A stretch of DNA of 64,000 nucleotides from Azolla caroliniana. Its lineage: Eukaryota > Plantae > Polypodiophyta. The translations under genes were made by a program, and so were the position numbers. This document shows positions 27,139-38,661 of the stretch, in pieces (position 1 is the first letter of the stretch; each line of letters begins with the position of its first letter). The notes beneath the pieces were generated by a model. That model ran no database searches, had not been told where the DNA came from, and saw only the letters and a list, made by a program, of their open reading frames with translations. The DNA lies in NCBI GenBank assembly GCA_043228905.1, contig JBHGNT010000005.1, positions 4,712,001 to 4,776,000 on the forward strand, given 5' to 3'.

Positions 27139-27151
27139 TGGCACGCCCGGT
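27139..27151 (+). other. Primer binding site, probably tRNA-Arg(UCU)
   Basis: TGGCACGCCCGGT lies 5 nt after the LTR. It is complementary to ...ACCGGGCGTGCCA, the 3' end of plant tRNA-Arg(UCU) as I recall it. Confidence 0.8.
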
Positions 27152-27324
27152 TACAGCTGTGAGTGCACAGCGAACTTCGTTGAAGGTAACCACCAACCGC
27201 CGTTACGGCACCCTCTCGCACCACGAGGTCTCGGCCACCTGCCCGACGCCCTGAGCCAGTCGAAGGAACTTCCGACTCGGCGGTCACTGACCAATCCTTT
27301 CCCGATCAATCGGAGGCTTGTCCA

Positions 27325-30300
27325 GTGCAATCCTCGCCACCGGACACTCGATCGCGAGTTGATTCACCACCAGAACCCCCGTCGAGCCCTCCGAAGGTCA
27401 ATCAACCGGAACTAAACCCTTTTCCGGTGCTACCAGAAGACCCACAGTACGACATCATGCCGTACCCATACCCACGATATGCCGACGGACCAGACGCGGA
27501 GTCACATGTCCGTGCCTTCATATCCACGTGGCAGGCTAACCACTCCACGCACCGCCTCACGCCGGCCGAAATCGATGCCTCGAAGATTGCCGAGTTCACA
27601 CTCTCCCTCGATGGACCGACCGCACGATGGTACTCTCGCCTCGAAATAGGAGAGGCCACCACTTTCCAAATCGTGCGCACAAAGTTCCTTGAGCTTTTTC
27701 ATCGCGAGGTGCCTAAACGGGAATTGCTCCGACAATTCTTCTCTATATGCTAGGAACCGCACGAAACGGTCGCGCAGTTCACGATCCGGTTCCCGGATCT
27801 CTACAGACAAGTGGCCGATGATGTCTCGGCACAACATATACCAGACACTTTCCTATCCAGTTTAAGAGAGCCTCTACGAACGACTCTCGCACTTACAAAT
27901 TTCGCCAACCATACTATCGAACAAGTCATAGCGCGCGTTCTCGCCCTCGATCGGAACCAACACGACACGGCTTTCTCGATGACATCCTTACAAAACGCTC
28001 TTCCCCAGGAGGACAATCGCTTTTGCCAAGCCCTCCAATGCACTACGTGTTCAGGATCAGGGCACCTGGCCCTCGAATGTCCCCACCGACCACAGTGTCC
28101 GATCTGTCAGTCTCGAGCTCACACGGTCGAGCAGTGCGAATATAATATGCTAAACCGCACAACGGCGGCACCGGTCCGCCAGATCGAGCCACGAAATACA
28201 TACTCTCGGCAGGATGAGCGATATATCTACCGAAACCAGGATAACGACCAACCACGATCCCCGGATCGATGGCGCCGAAACGACGACTACCAACGTGATA
28301 ACTGCCGTGATTATTATCGCGATGACCGGCACGACGATTATGCTCGATACGATGACGATCGCGATGATCGGTATGACTGAAGGAACTCACGCATTGATCG
28401 GCGAAACGGCAACCGCAACACACGCAACAATAGAAGACCTAATCACAACCGCCGACGAGACGCTCCTCAACAGGACCAGCGCAACTCCAACGCACCTCGG
28501 AACAACCCACCACTGAACGAGACCGAGGATCAACAACAACAGCTTCCACACACAGACCGACCGGACACCAGCAGCTCGGCTAATGTGACATGTTTTAAAT
28601 GTAATCAACCAGGCTACTACGCCACGCAATATCCGACAACCAACCGTGGCAAGGCACCCGCGGTGAACAATATCGTGGCCGATGTTCAAAAGGTCACTAC
28701 CCGGAGTAAAGCGCAGACTACTCAGTGGCAAATCCAGGATGACGTACGACAGGCAGCAAAAGAATGGGTCGACACGGCCAATAAAAATAATGCCATACGC
28801 ATGCAAACTGACATGAGGGACGGGCCCAATGAAGTACCACAAACCTTGGCACCATCCACGTCGTCGGAGGACGACCAACTATGGGATGTTCTTACCAACT
28901 CTTGCATCTTGTTGCCCCTACATAAACTGCTACCACTCATGCCGAGATTTCGGGACACCCTGGCGGCACTCCAGGCCAATACTAAGCCCGTGACGCCACC
29001 GGTACAGCTCACCGAAGCAGGAACCGGTCCACCACTCATGGATTCTCAGAACCCAGTCGTGCGAATCATCATTAAGGGACAAGACCTGCACGGATGCATC
29101 ATCGACGACGGATCCGGCATAAACGTTATTAGCGAGTCAACGTGTCTCAACCTCGGCCTAAAATCAATGGGAACCATGCCCCTTTTGGCTTCGGATGGCC
29201 GACACCCGCTCTGTTCGCCCCATTGGTTTAATCCGCCATCTCGACTTCACACTCGGAGGTCACATGTTCACGATCTCGGCCGTCGTGCTACGACTGGAGA
29301 CACAAGGCACCTACCCAATGTTACTAGGTCGACCATGGTTGCGTATAGCGAATATCAAGCAACATTGGCAACGCAACATGATCTCGTTCCGAAGAGGGAA
29401 GACAAAAGTCCGAATCATCACTGAAGAACAAGTCCCCGTCGCCCTCAACACTTCGCCGTTATACGCGGAAGGGGTCCATATGCTCGACGGGTTGGCCGAT
29501 GAGGAGGTCGATGATTTCCTAGATGATCATCCCACGATCATCCTTCTCTTCGAAATCAATGCCTTACCAACCATTGAGCCATCTAAAGACGAGGAAGTCA
29601 CGGAGGAGTCACCACCCAGGATGAACCCGATGCAACCACAGTTGCCGAGCTACGTCATGCTCGGGAGGCTTTCGAACGCGAACTCGCTATCACACAACGA
29701 GTGAAAGCATCAACCCTGGAAACAATAAACCTTGGTTCGGATGAGAATCCCCGTACGGTACAAATTGCTAATAATCTACCAACCGGCGAACGGGCATGCC
29801 TCGTAAAATTACTCACCGACTACCAGGATGTTTTCGCTTGGTCTTACACCGATATGAAGGGGCTGGATCCTCAATACTACCAACATCAAATTCACATCTT
29901 ACCCCACACTCGGCCGGTTCGGTAGAGGCGCTACAGGATGAACCCCAACTACGCCGCTAAAGTCAAAGAGGAAATTGACAAACTACTCCGAGTGGGCTTC
30001 ATTCGCCCTGTTAAACGGGCTACATGGTTGAGCCCGATCGTAGTGGTCCCAAAGAAGAACGGAAAAATCGCGTCTGCGTCAACTATCGGAAGCTTAACGC
30101 GGCAACAGTCACCGACGGTTTCCCTCTCCCATTCACGGATAGCGTCCTCGACACGGTAGCCGGCCACGAATGCTACAGTTTCCTCGACGGGTTCAGCGGC
30201 TATAACCAGATAAGAATGCACCCGGAGGATCAGGAGAAAACCGCTTTCGTCACGGAATGGGGTGTTTTTGTAGCAGAAGTTATGATGTTCGGTCTAAAAA

Positions 30301-32657
30301 CGGCGCTGGCTACGTTCCAGCGCATCATCACCGAAATCTTTCATGACTACATCCCGGCATTCATGCAAGTCTTTCTCGACGATTTCGCCGTGTATGGCCA
30401 TCGACGGGAACACATGACCCAGTTACGACTCTGCCTGGACAGATGTCGCCAAGCTCGATTGAGTTAAAACCCGGCGAAATGCGCGTTCTTAGTCACCAGC
30501 GGCAACCTTCTCGGCCACATTGTCAGTCAAGAAGGCATCGCTATGGACCCGGATAAAGTAAAGGCAATCCTGAATGCCACCGCACCCTCGAACGCTAAGG
30601 CACTAAGCCGTTTTTTGGGACAGATCCGGTGGCACAGCCGAATGATACGACACCTGGCCGATTTCGCGACACCCTTACACGCGGCAGTCCATCGCCTTCC
30701 TTTCCAATGGACGTCAGTCGAGGACACGGCCTATCAGACCCTGAAACGAATGCTGTCACATGCCCCGGTGGTCCAGTCTCCGGTTTGGTCCGAACCGTTT
30801 CATGTCTTCGTAGATGCTTCGGACATCGCCGTCGGAAGTGCTCTGATGCAATGCACACCCCTGAATTGGTATCGACCCGTGTACTACGCCAGCCGACAGC
30901 TCTCGACCGCGGAAAAGAATTACTCCACCACCGAGCGGGAGGCCCTCGGTATGATTTATAGCATCAATAAATTTCGGCATTACCTCTTGGGCCGAAAATT
31001 TACCTTTCACGTGGATCACTCGGCCCTTCTTTATTTGGTCAATAAACAAGCCCTCACCGGACGGTTGGCTCGGTGGATGCTCCTACTACAAGAGTTTGAT
31101 TTTCAGATTCAGCATCGACCCGGGGTACAACATGCCGTCGCCGACTACTTGAGCTGTCTTGAGTCAGGAGAACCGGCGAAAACAAGGTACGACGAGCTAC
31201 CGGACGCCAGCCTATTTAACCTGACCACGGTACAGACGATAACGGAGATGAATGGATCACGGAGATGACTCATTTTCTCACTACCGGTGTACCTCCCGAG
31301 CACATGACCCTTGACACGAGAAAACGCCTAGCAGTGCGTAGCCGGAATTTTTGCCTCGTCTCAGACATTCTCTACCACAAAGGCTCGGACGGCATATGGC
31401 GCCAAGCAATTCGGCAATTCGAGAAGAACACCGTTCTTCAGGAAGCCCACCAGGGAGTAGCTGGGGGACACTACGCCAGGGATTCCACGGCAAGGAAAGT
31501 TTGGCAAAGTGGATTATGGTGGCCGACAACAAAGAAAGACGCTCACGAGTTTTGCTGGCAGTGCGATTTGTGCCAACGTCTGGGGCAACCAATGGAACAG
31601 TCACGGATGCCACACCAGCCGATTCTTCCGTTGGACCCATTTCAAAAATGGGGTTTGGATTTTGTAGGCCCTTTCAAACCACCCGCGGCCCGAACAGGGA
31701 ATAGGTATATTATCGTTGCCACGGATTACTGCACCAAATGGGTCGAGGCTAAGGCACTCCGAGATAACACGGCGGCATCCACGGCTAAATTTGTGTACGA
31801 GCACCTCTGATGCCGTTACGGATGTCCAATCCAGCTCGTTAGTGACCAAGGTGGGCACTTCATCAATCATATAATACGTGAGCTTACACACCACATACGC
31901 GGTGGTGCACAAGAAAAGCACACCATACTACCCGCAGGCGAACGGCTTGGCAAAATCGACCAATAAAATCCTCCAAACCATACTGAAGAAGATCGTCAAT
32001 GAAAACAGGACCGATTGGGATGACAAACTCCAGAGTGCGTTGTGGGCGTATCCTACGACTTTCAAAACAAGCATCCAATCGATCCCCTTTCGAATGGCGT
32101 TCGGGTTAGAAGCCGTAATGCTCGTCGAGTTCCAAGTCCCGAGCCTCCGAGTTCAAGTCAAAGCACAGCTCCCTGAGGCCGAATCCGAGCAATACCGGCT
32201 GGAACAACTCCTCGAACTCGGGGAAGATAGGATAGAGAGTATGGCCCAGCTCGAACAACGACAACGGCAACGCAAGGCTTTCGTGGATCGACATCGACAT
32301 GGGCTGGAGAAGGAGCTCACCATCGGCAAACCAGTTCTTCTTTTCCAAACATGACTCGGGTCAATGCCGGGAAAATTAAGATTTCGGTGGACCGGTCCAT
32401 TCTGGATTATCGACGAGTTCAACGGGACGTTCCAGCTCGGCACACTCGCCGGCGACACGGTCAAAAGCTGGGCCAATGGTTTTCGACTTCGACCATATCG
32501 AGGGACTACACCACCCAACGCATTTAACGAGCCTTCACGTACGACGCCCTTGAAGACCGATAGACGTAGATCTATCGAAGGTGTTCACCCAAAGGAACAC
32601 GGCACAAACAAGACTCGGGAGATCACCACGGAGGACGCCACGTGTCCCCCTGAATAA
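27325..32657 (+). pseudogene. Disrupted gag-pol of the gypsy element
   Basis: Gag (LSLDGPTARWY, knuckles CTTCSGSGHLALEC and CPICQSRAHTVEQC), protease (CIIDDGSGINVI...MLLGRPWL), RT (WLSPIVVVPKKNG, FLDGFSGYNQI, VFLDDFAVY), RNase H (FVDASD, NYSTTEREAL, VDHSAL) and integrase (H..GH...[31 protein letters not shown]). Multiple stops and frameshifts. Confidence 0.95.
32527..32598 (+). repeat. Internal 72-bp copy of the LTR 3' (U5) end
   Basis: Matches 27054-27125 at 70 of 72 positions. Confidence 0.93.
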
Positions 32658-33165
32658 GAACTCACCCACCTTCTTGAAATTAATAAAAGTAGTAGTAGGT
32701 AGGATTAACCATAGTTTAGCCACTGATTAGCTACACCTACACCACCCACCTAGGCACCCACAATTTTAGGAGCACCCCTCGCCACCACTCAGTTAGTACC
32801 TATTTAAGCTGTTCACACAGGCAAAGCACATGCAAAGCACTAGAAGCACCCCACTCACCTTCAGGACACGTGGTGCTAGTCACTTATTATGGCACCCACG
32901 ACTCAGAATCTTTAGGATTCGCTTCAGGCACAAAACCCTAGGAATAAGTTACTAAAACCGTTTCCAAAACGCAGCACAGACCATTATCGCTCCCCATCTC
33001 CATCACTCTCAAGATCAGAAACCCCGTCTCGCCCTCATCACGCTAAGCGCTCTTGCTCTCAAGCCCTCTTTCGCTCTCATAACCTCTCTGCTGGACTTCC
33101 CCTTCCTGTTGTTCCTCCTGTGGCTCGCCCTCACCTCATCACTTTGCTTCACGCTTCCACACAGT

Positions 33166-33579
33166 CGAACCCAGCCTCCATCTCCACCATGCCTCTTACC
33201 GCCTCAACAGAAACCCGCGCCTGGCTCCAGGAACGAGGAATGGGCGGTTACTTGAAGATCATCGATGCCCCCGTGCACCCAGATGCCCAAATTGTGGCTA
33301 AACGTATAAGTCCCAAAGCCATCACCAACAACGTGCTTCGGGCTGTTTTGGACCTGCAACGGGGAGGGGACCCGAACCCAACCTCCATCTCCACCATGCC
33401 TCTTACCGCCTCAACAGAAACCCGCGCCTAGCTCCAGGAACGAGGAATGGGCGGTTACTTGAAGATCATCGATGCCCCCGTGCACCCAGATGCCCAAACT
33501 GTGGCTAAACGTATAAGTCCCGAAGCCATCACCAACAACGTGCTTCGGGCTGTTTTGGACCTGCAACGGGGAGGGGACC
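33166..33579 (+). repeat. In-frame 207-bp tandem duplication at the start of the extra ORF
   Basis: 33166-33372 and 33373-33579 differ at 4 positions, one of which is TGG to TAG. Confidence 0.93.
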
Positions 33580-36310
33580 ATGAGGTCGACATACCCCCAG
33601 TATCAAAGATGAAGGCGTACTTCGGTGAGTACTCAGCCACAGGGAAGGCATATCGCACGTATGGCGGCCCCAACAAAGCTTTCGGGGAGATTGCTCGTAT
33701 ATTAATGGAGTATGCGTTCGTGCATACGAACCCAACGAGCATGCCGTAGAACAAGGCAGCCATCATCATCAGCGCGTATGAAGGAAACAGAATCGATTGG
33801 GGAATCATCACAGGCGAAGGACTTTGCGCCGCCTTAGCTTCATTTCAGTCCGGTAAGAAGATGTTGTCTGTTCTTACCCACTTTTTGATGGTTTTATACC
33901 CACCCTCTTCGCTTCCTTCCCCTCGCACACTCACGTCCCCACCATCACCACGAAGGCAAAGAGAGAAATTTGTGGCCATCAGCCACGAAGCATGGGAGGA
34001 GCCCACATCGCCTTCACCCCCTGCCGCCGACCAAAAAACCGCATCTGCACCACCACCCGCCCAACCCCAACAAAAAAGGGTAGTTTCCGAGACCTACCAA
34101 GAATGGGGGGAGGAGGTAGCCGCGGAAGACAACACAGCCGATGACGTCACCATTCGACAGCCAACGTCGCGCCCCTCGGTAACGTCCCCAAGACCTAGCC
34201 CATGCCCCAACACACAGCAGGCTGCACCACCACGACCCCAGAAAAGGAAGCAGGCGGAGGAAACGACACTACCGGCCCCGAAAACCCAAACACAGCCAAG
34301 CAAGAGAAGACGACTCAACCGCGAGTCCTCGGAAGAACAGAAGGAGCCACAACAGGAGCAAGCCTTAGTGGTCAGACAGAGCAACCTGGCCATCACCCCT
34401 GCGGAGGCATCGCTGAACCAGGGAACGATCGAGCATGGGCAAACAACACAGATCTCAAAGGACGAAGTCCTCAGGTATAAGGACCTCCCCGCGGAGGCTT
34501 ACGAATTTAGTGCGCTCCTACGCCTCGGTACGTCATTCGAGCTGGTCGACTTCCTCGCCAGACCCCAAGTCGTGGCAGCCGCTCGAATGGTGGAAGAGCA
34601 CGCCGAAACAAAAATGATTCAAGGCGCGCTAATAGGTGAAATTGAGCCCCAGGAGGACAGGGCTTTACAAAAAATCGGGACGAAGAAGCAGGCAAAACAG
34701 GGCGCTCTCCTCATGGAGGTCCCCGAGTTGAACACGGCCCTTATAGAGGCATATCGGGACCTGGATCGCACAACGCGGGCAGCCAAAGACATGGCCCGAA
34801 AGATAAAAATAGCCCAAAAATAGGCTAAGATGGCTACAGAACTATGGCACGCTGCGAACTAGAAGGTGGCAGCCTGGGAACAAAACCGGCCGGAACAACA
34901 ACTCCCAAGCCTTCCGGTAACGACCACCGAGGCCCTCCCAACGCCTCCACGCATAACAATGATGGATGAAAGCACCATCACCGACTCAATCCTGAAGGTG
35001 CAGGCCAGTACACAAACGAACTCGTTACAAATGGTCGATGCCTGCACAACAATGAGGCACCCACGCCCATGGAGAAGACCGAGATACCCCCACCTTGTGC
35101 ACCCAAGGAGGTGGCAACCCAGACAGAACCCCCGCTCCGGGATTACCGTGCGGAGCTTAAAGAAGAAGAACGGCGAACCGAGAGACACGAACAACGGCAT
35201 CAAGAGGCTATGGCTCGCATAAAAGAAGAAGCTTCCAAGCAGATGGCCGAGATAAGAGCCCAGGCCGACCAAAGGATACACGAGCAGAACGAAGCACTGG
35301 GCCGGGTACAAGCGCAAGCCGCGAGCAAGGAAGCCGAACTCAAAAGCAAGCTGGAGGAATACGCAACTACAGTGGTGAAGAAAGAGAAGGAGGTTCTAGA
35401 CCTACAGGCTACGCTCGAGAATGCAAAAGACTGGAACCATCGGCAGGAGGAAAGAAATCGCCAACGGGAGGAGAGGATGAACGCGGAGAATGTCGAGCTG
35501 TAGAGTCAGCGTACGACCCTTAAAGAGATTGTTGACGAGTTTTTCATCAAATGCAAGCTACTTTCGGAGCAAAAAGACGCCTTATCGGATTCCTACTTCG
35601 CCCTACAAGAAGAGAGAATCGTCGAACGGGAACAAATCCGGGCCACATGTCAGAAAGAACGGGAGCAGGCCACCGAAGAACTCACCAAGCGTTACGAGCA
35701 GGCTCTCCAGCTCGTAACCGCGGATGCAAAGAACAGTCAGGCCATCTATGAGCTAAGGACACAGAAGATTCAGGCCAAGGTCGACGGCTTAAAACAGGAA
35801 TTAGCAGCCATCCGAGCGCAGCCCGGCATGGATTAGACACGCATCCGAATACTGATCGAGAAACGGCGCCAACACCTTACCAAAAAGGTCGAGGAAACAT
35901 TAAGTCGCGCAGGAGACGAATGGGCAGCCCAAGCTGCCGAATTGCATATTTTACGCGCCGACGCTGAGAACCGACGGAAGGAGGGCCGCGGCTTCTACAA
36001 AATGGACGAAGCCAACATTCAAAACCTGCGTGCAGATTTACCCGAGGATTACCAGTCCTTGGCAAAATCTCACACCGCGGCAATCGAGCAAATAATGGAG
36101 GACTTCAATGACGGTCAAATGTTGTTTCGCCTGGAAGCAGAAGCCTTCGAACGAGAACGACTCGCAGCCATCCCCACAAGCCCTCCAACGGCCACAGAGC
36201 AGAAGGAAGAACCTCCCAACAAGGAGATCACGGACACGGCACAGGAGGAACTTGCCCCGGCCAACAGACATCCCATGGACACCCACACGGTACCAGGCCT
36301 GTCGAAGTAG
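33189..36310 (+). pseudogene. Disrupted extra ORF (~1000 codons) of the gypsy element, function unknown, with Pro/Ser-rich and long coiled-coil regions
   Basis: Consecutive same-strand ORF pieces (33120-33431, 33447-33749, 33861-34823, 35069-35503, 35942-36310) are separated by single stops or frameshifts. The N-terminal part looks globular (...YEGNRIDWGIITGEGL...) and the C-terminal part has E/K/Q/R heptad-rich sequence. Confidence 0.8.
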
Positions 36311-36587
36311 AGGTCAACGCCCACGAACCCCCACCCCCACCAGAAGAATCGGTCGCACCTGAGGCGGACGTCCGAGAAGATATACCACCCCCGGACCAAA
36401 CTCAACTCCCCGCACCGACAGTCCAACCAGACCACCCTGCCACCACCCCGGACCCCGAAAGCATCCTCGACATCTTAAAGGAGGAATGAAACGAGGATCA
36501 CGCCTAAAAGGCAATTTTTGTAATATTGTTAGTATTTTGTAAGTCGTGGGTCCGACAGACAAGGTCCTGTCCCACGGGCGTGCTAGG

Positions 36588-37044
36588 TGTTGTCCAGAGG
36601 ATAGAAATGTAAAATTAGGAAATTAGCAAACGCCGAGTCCGAGTATCACGGGCCACCGACGGCTCGGCTGTGTATTAGGGGAAAAGTTATTTAAACGAGG
36701 ACCAGTACCTCAGAGAGGAGAGAGAAGAAAACTATAGGCGGAAGCACTAGCTTAGTTGTTCGTAATTAGATAAACTCGTAAGGTCACCGGCCATAGGCCG
36801 TGTTCTGGAATCTTTTCTGCCATAGTAATATATCTTATTTGTGCCTATTTTTGCTGCATGAGTCTGTGCTTTGATCCATACCTATGAGTTTCACGCCGCC
36901 ACGTCTATCAAGACCTCGCTAGTGTTTTCTCTTTGAGCCCTGTATCTCTCTCGACGCCTCTGTTACGAGCCTTCACGTACCACGCCCTTGAAGACCGATA
37001 GACACAGATCTATCGAAGGTGTTCACCCAAAGGAACGGGTAACA
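36588..37044 (+). repeat. 3' LTR of the gypsy element
   Basis: 457-bp direct repeat of 26677-27133 followed by the GGAAA TSD. Confidence 0.96.
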
Positions 37045-38441
37045 GGAAACTTGAGATAATAATTGTTATAGGCATACCTACATTGTGTTCATAATTTTCA
37101 TTAGCTCACATGCATTGACATTCTTTTCTTCCAAATCGAGAATGTCTAAATTGTGGCCAACTTTGATTTCTTGCCTCATTTATTTAATCTCACCGTCGAA
37201 TGATGTTTGCTACCACCCAAGATAACATTTGTCTTCTAGGATAAGTTGACTCGTTTCATATTGCGTCATCAAACAGATGGCAACCCTATTGTGTCCTCCT
37301 ATGTTAACGTGGATCTCGATTAATAACTTTGATCCAATCTAGATATCATGAATTGATGTACTTTCAGAAGTCATCAAGATGCTTCAACTTTAGCATGACC
37401 TTCACTATTGCCTTAGCATTGTATTCAAATGATCTCATGCAATCCAATAAGGATTTTGTTCACATTGAAATCTCAAAGATAGGAACACAATCCTTATGAT
37501 TCCTATAGAATGGTGATGTATCCTACCACAAGGTGTGGAGCAACACTTGCGAGTGCAAATATGAAGTCTATTACATTTTAAGATAGAGAGGAATTGATGG
37601 CCATGGCAAGCGAAGGGCCTATTTAGAGGCATTTCAGATTCCATTCTAGTGAACCATGACATGCAATTGATTATATGCCATCCAATTATGATTTGATTCA
37701 GTATTAAGAAGGAAGTTATTGCAAGATAAACCATATAATTTAGGCAAGAATACCATATATTAATATAAATGTGCAAATACAACAACAACGCTATAGTTTA
37801 AGGTGGCCAATGAATGCCTTTGATAAGTATCCATGACAATCATTAGTTGTAACATCACATTTGAATGAGAGTGAGAAATCCCCCCATAGTCCTTACCAAA
37901 ATGCCAAACACACCATAACTTCCGCTAGCCCATATGTGTTGTTCAATGCATATGCAAAACAAATTGGGTGCATTTTTCTAACCTTTGTCATCTAATTATT
38001 GTCACCATGAATACGAGTTATGGTCAATGTGCATCGAGTGATGATATTAATGTTCCAATTAATGGATTACGATGATGCATATGAAGAATTTGGGCAAATA
38101 GAGTATCAAGTCTAGTGAAACAAACAATGATGATGGGCTGAGTAAATGGTGGGTAAGATATGAGACATGGTGACAAGGGCAAGCATTAACATTGATAACA
38201 ATGGACGACGAAATATTGTTTGAAGTCGAAGTGGGGAAAGACTAAAGGAGCATTCATGTAAATATTGAATTAGAGAACAATTGTAACAAACTCTGGTGTA
38301 TGGATAAGCAAATGACCATGTTCTTGTTTAACTCCATAGATAACATTTAATTGTCGTGCTTTTCAATGTAATTCTTAAGTTAGAATTAATGTATAACATC
38401 AAATGTCTATAATTGTAGGCTTGTAAGATGGTTATAATTTA

Positions 38442-38661
38442 GGGAAAAGTACCAGGATACCCCTGGAAGTTCATCTATTTACCAGAATGCCCATAGAAGT
38501 TCCAAATTTACCAAACTACCCCTATGTCCAAAAATTACACTTTATAAAGTAATTATACACTCAAATATTTGGTAAATAGGGGTAGTTTGGTAAATTTGGA
38601 ACTTCCAGGGGCATTCTGGTAAATAGATGAACTTCCATGGGATACCCCTGGTACTTTTCCC
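38442..38661. mobile_element. Mutator-type MITE (220 bp)
   Basis: 9-bp TSD TATAATTTA (38433-38441 and 38662-38670) and ~85-bp imperfect TIRs: GGGAAAAGTACCAGG...GGAAGTTCATCTATTTACCAGAATGCCC...ACCAAACTACCCCTAT and its reverse complement at the right end. Confidence 0.92.

Larger units (their letters stand above)
26677..37044 (+). mobile_element. Full-length Ty3/gypsy LTR retrotransposon, non-chromovirus, with an extra 3' ORF
   Basis: Two 457-bp LTRs (TG...CA), 5-bp TSD GGAAA at 26672-26676 and 37045-37049, PBS, and domain order gag-PR-RT-RH-INT with no chromodomain or obvious extra RNase H. Confidence 0.97.

Noticed and set aside
36546-36587. Possible tRNA gene or tRNA-derived SINE
   Set aside because: Only a T-arm and acceptor 3' strand are matched, with no D-arm, anticodon arm or A box. 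Reported as a retroelement terminal feature instead.
37050-38100. Possible decayed transposase surrounding the gypsy insertion (also 25500-26670)
   Set aside because: Cys/His-rich peptide bits did not form a recognisable catalytic motif.
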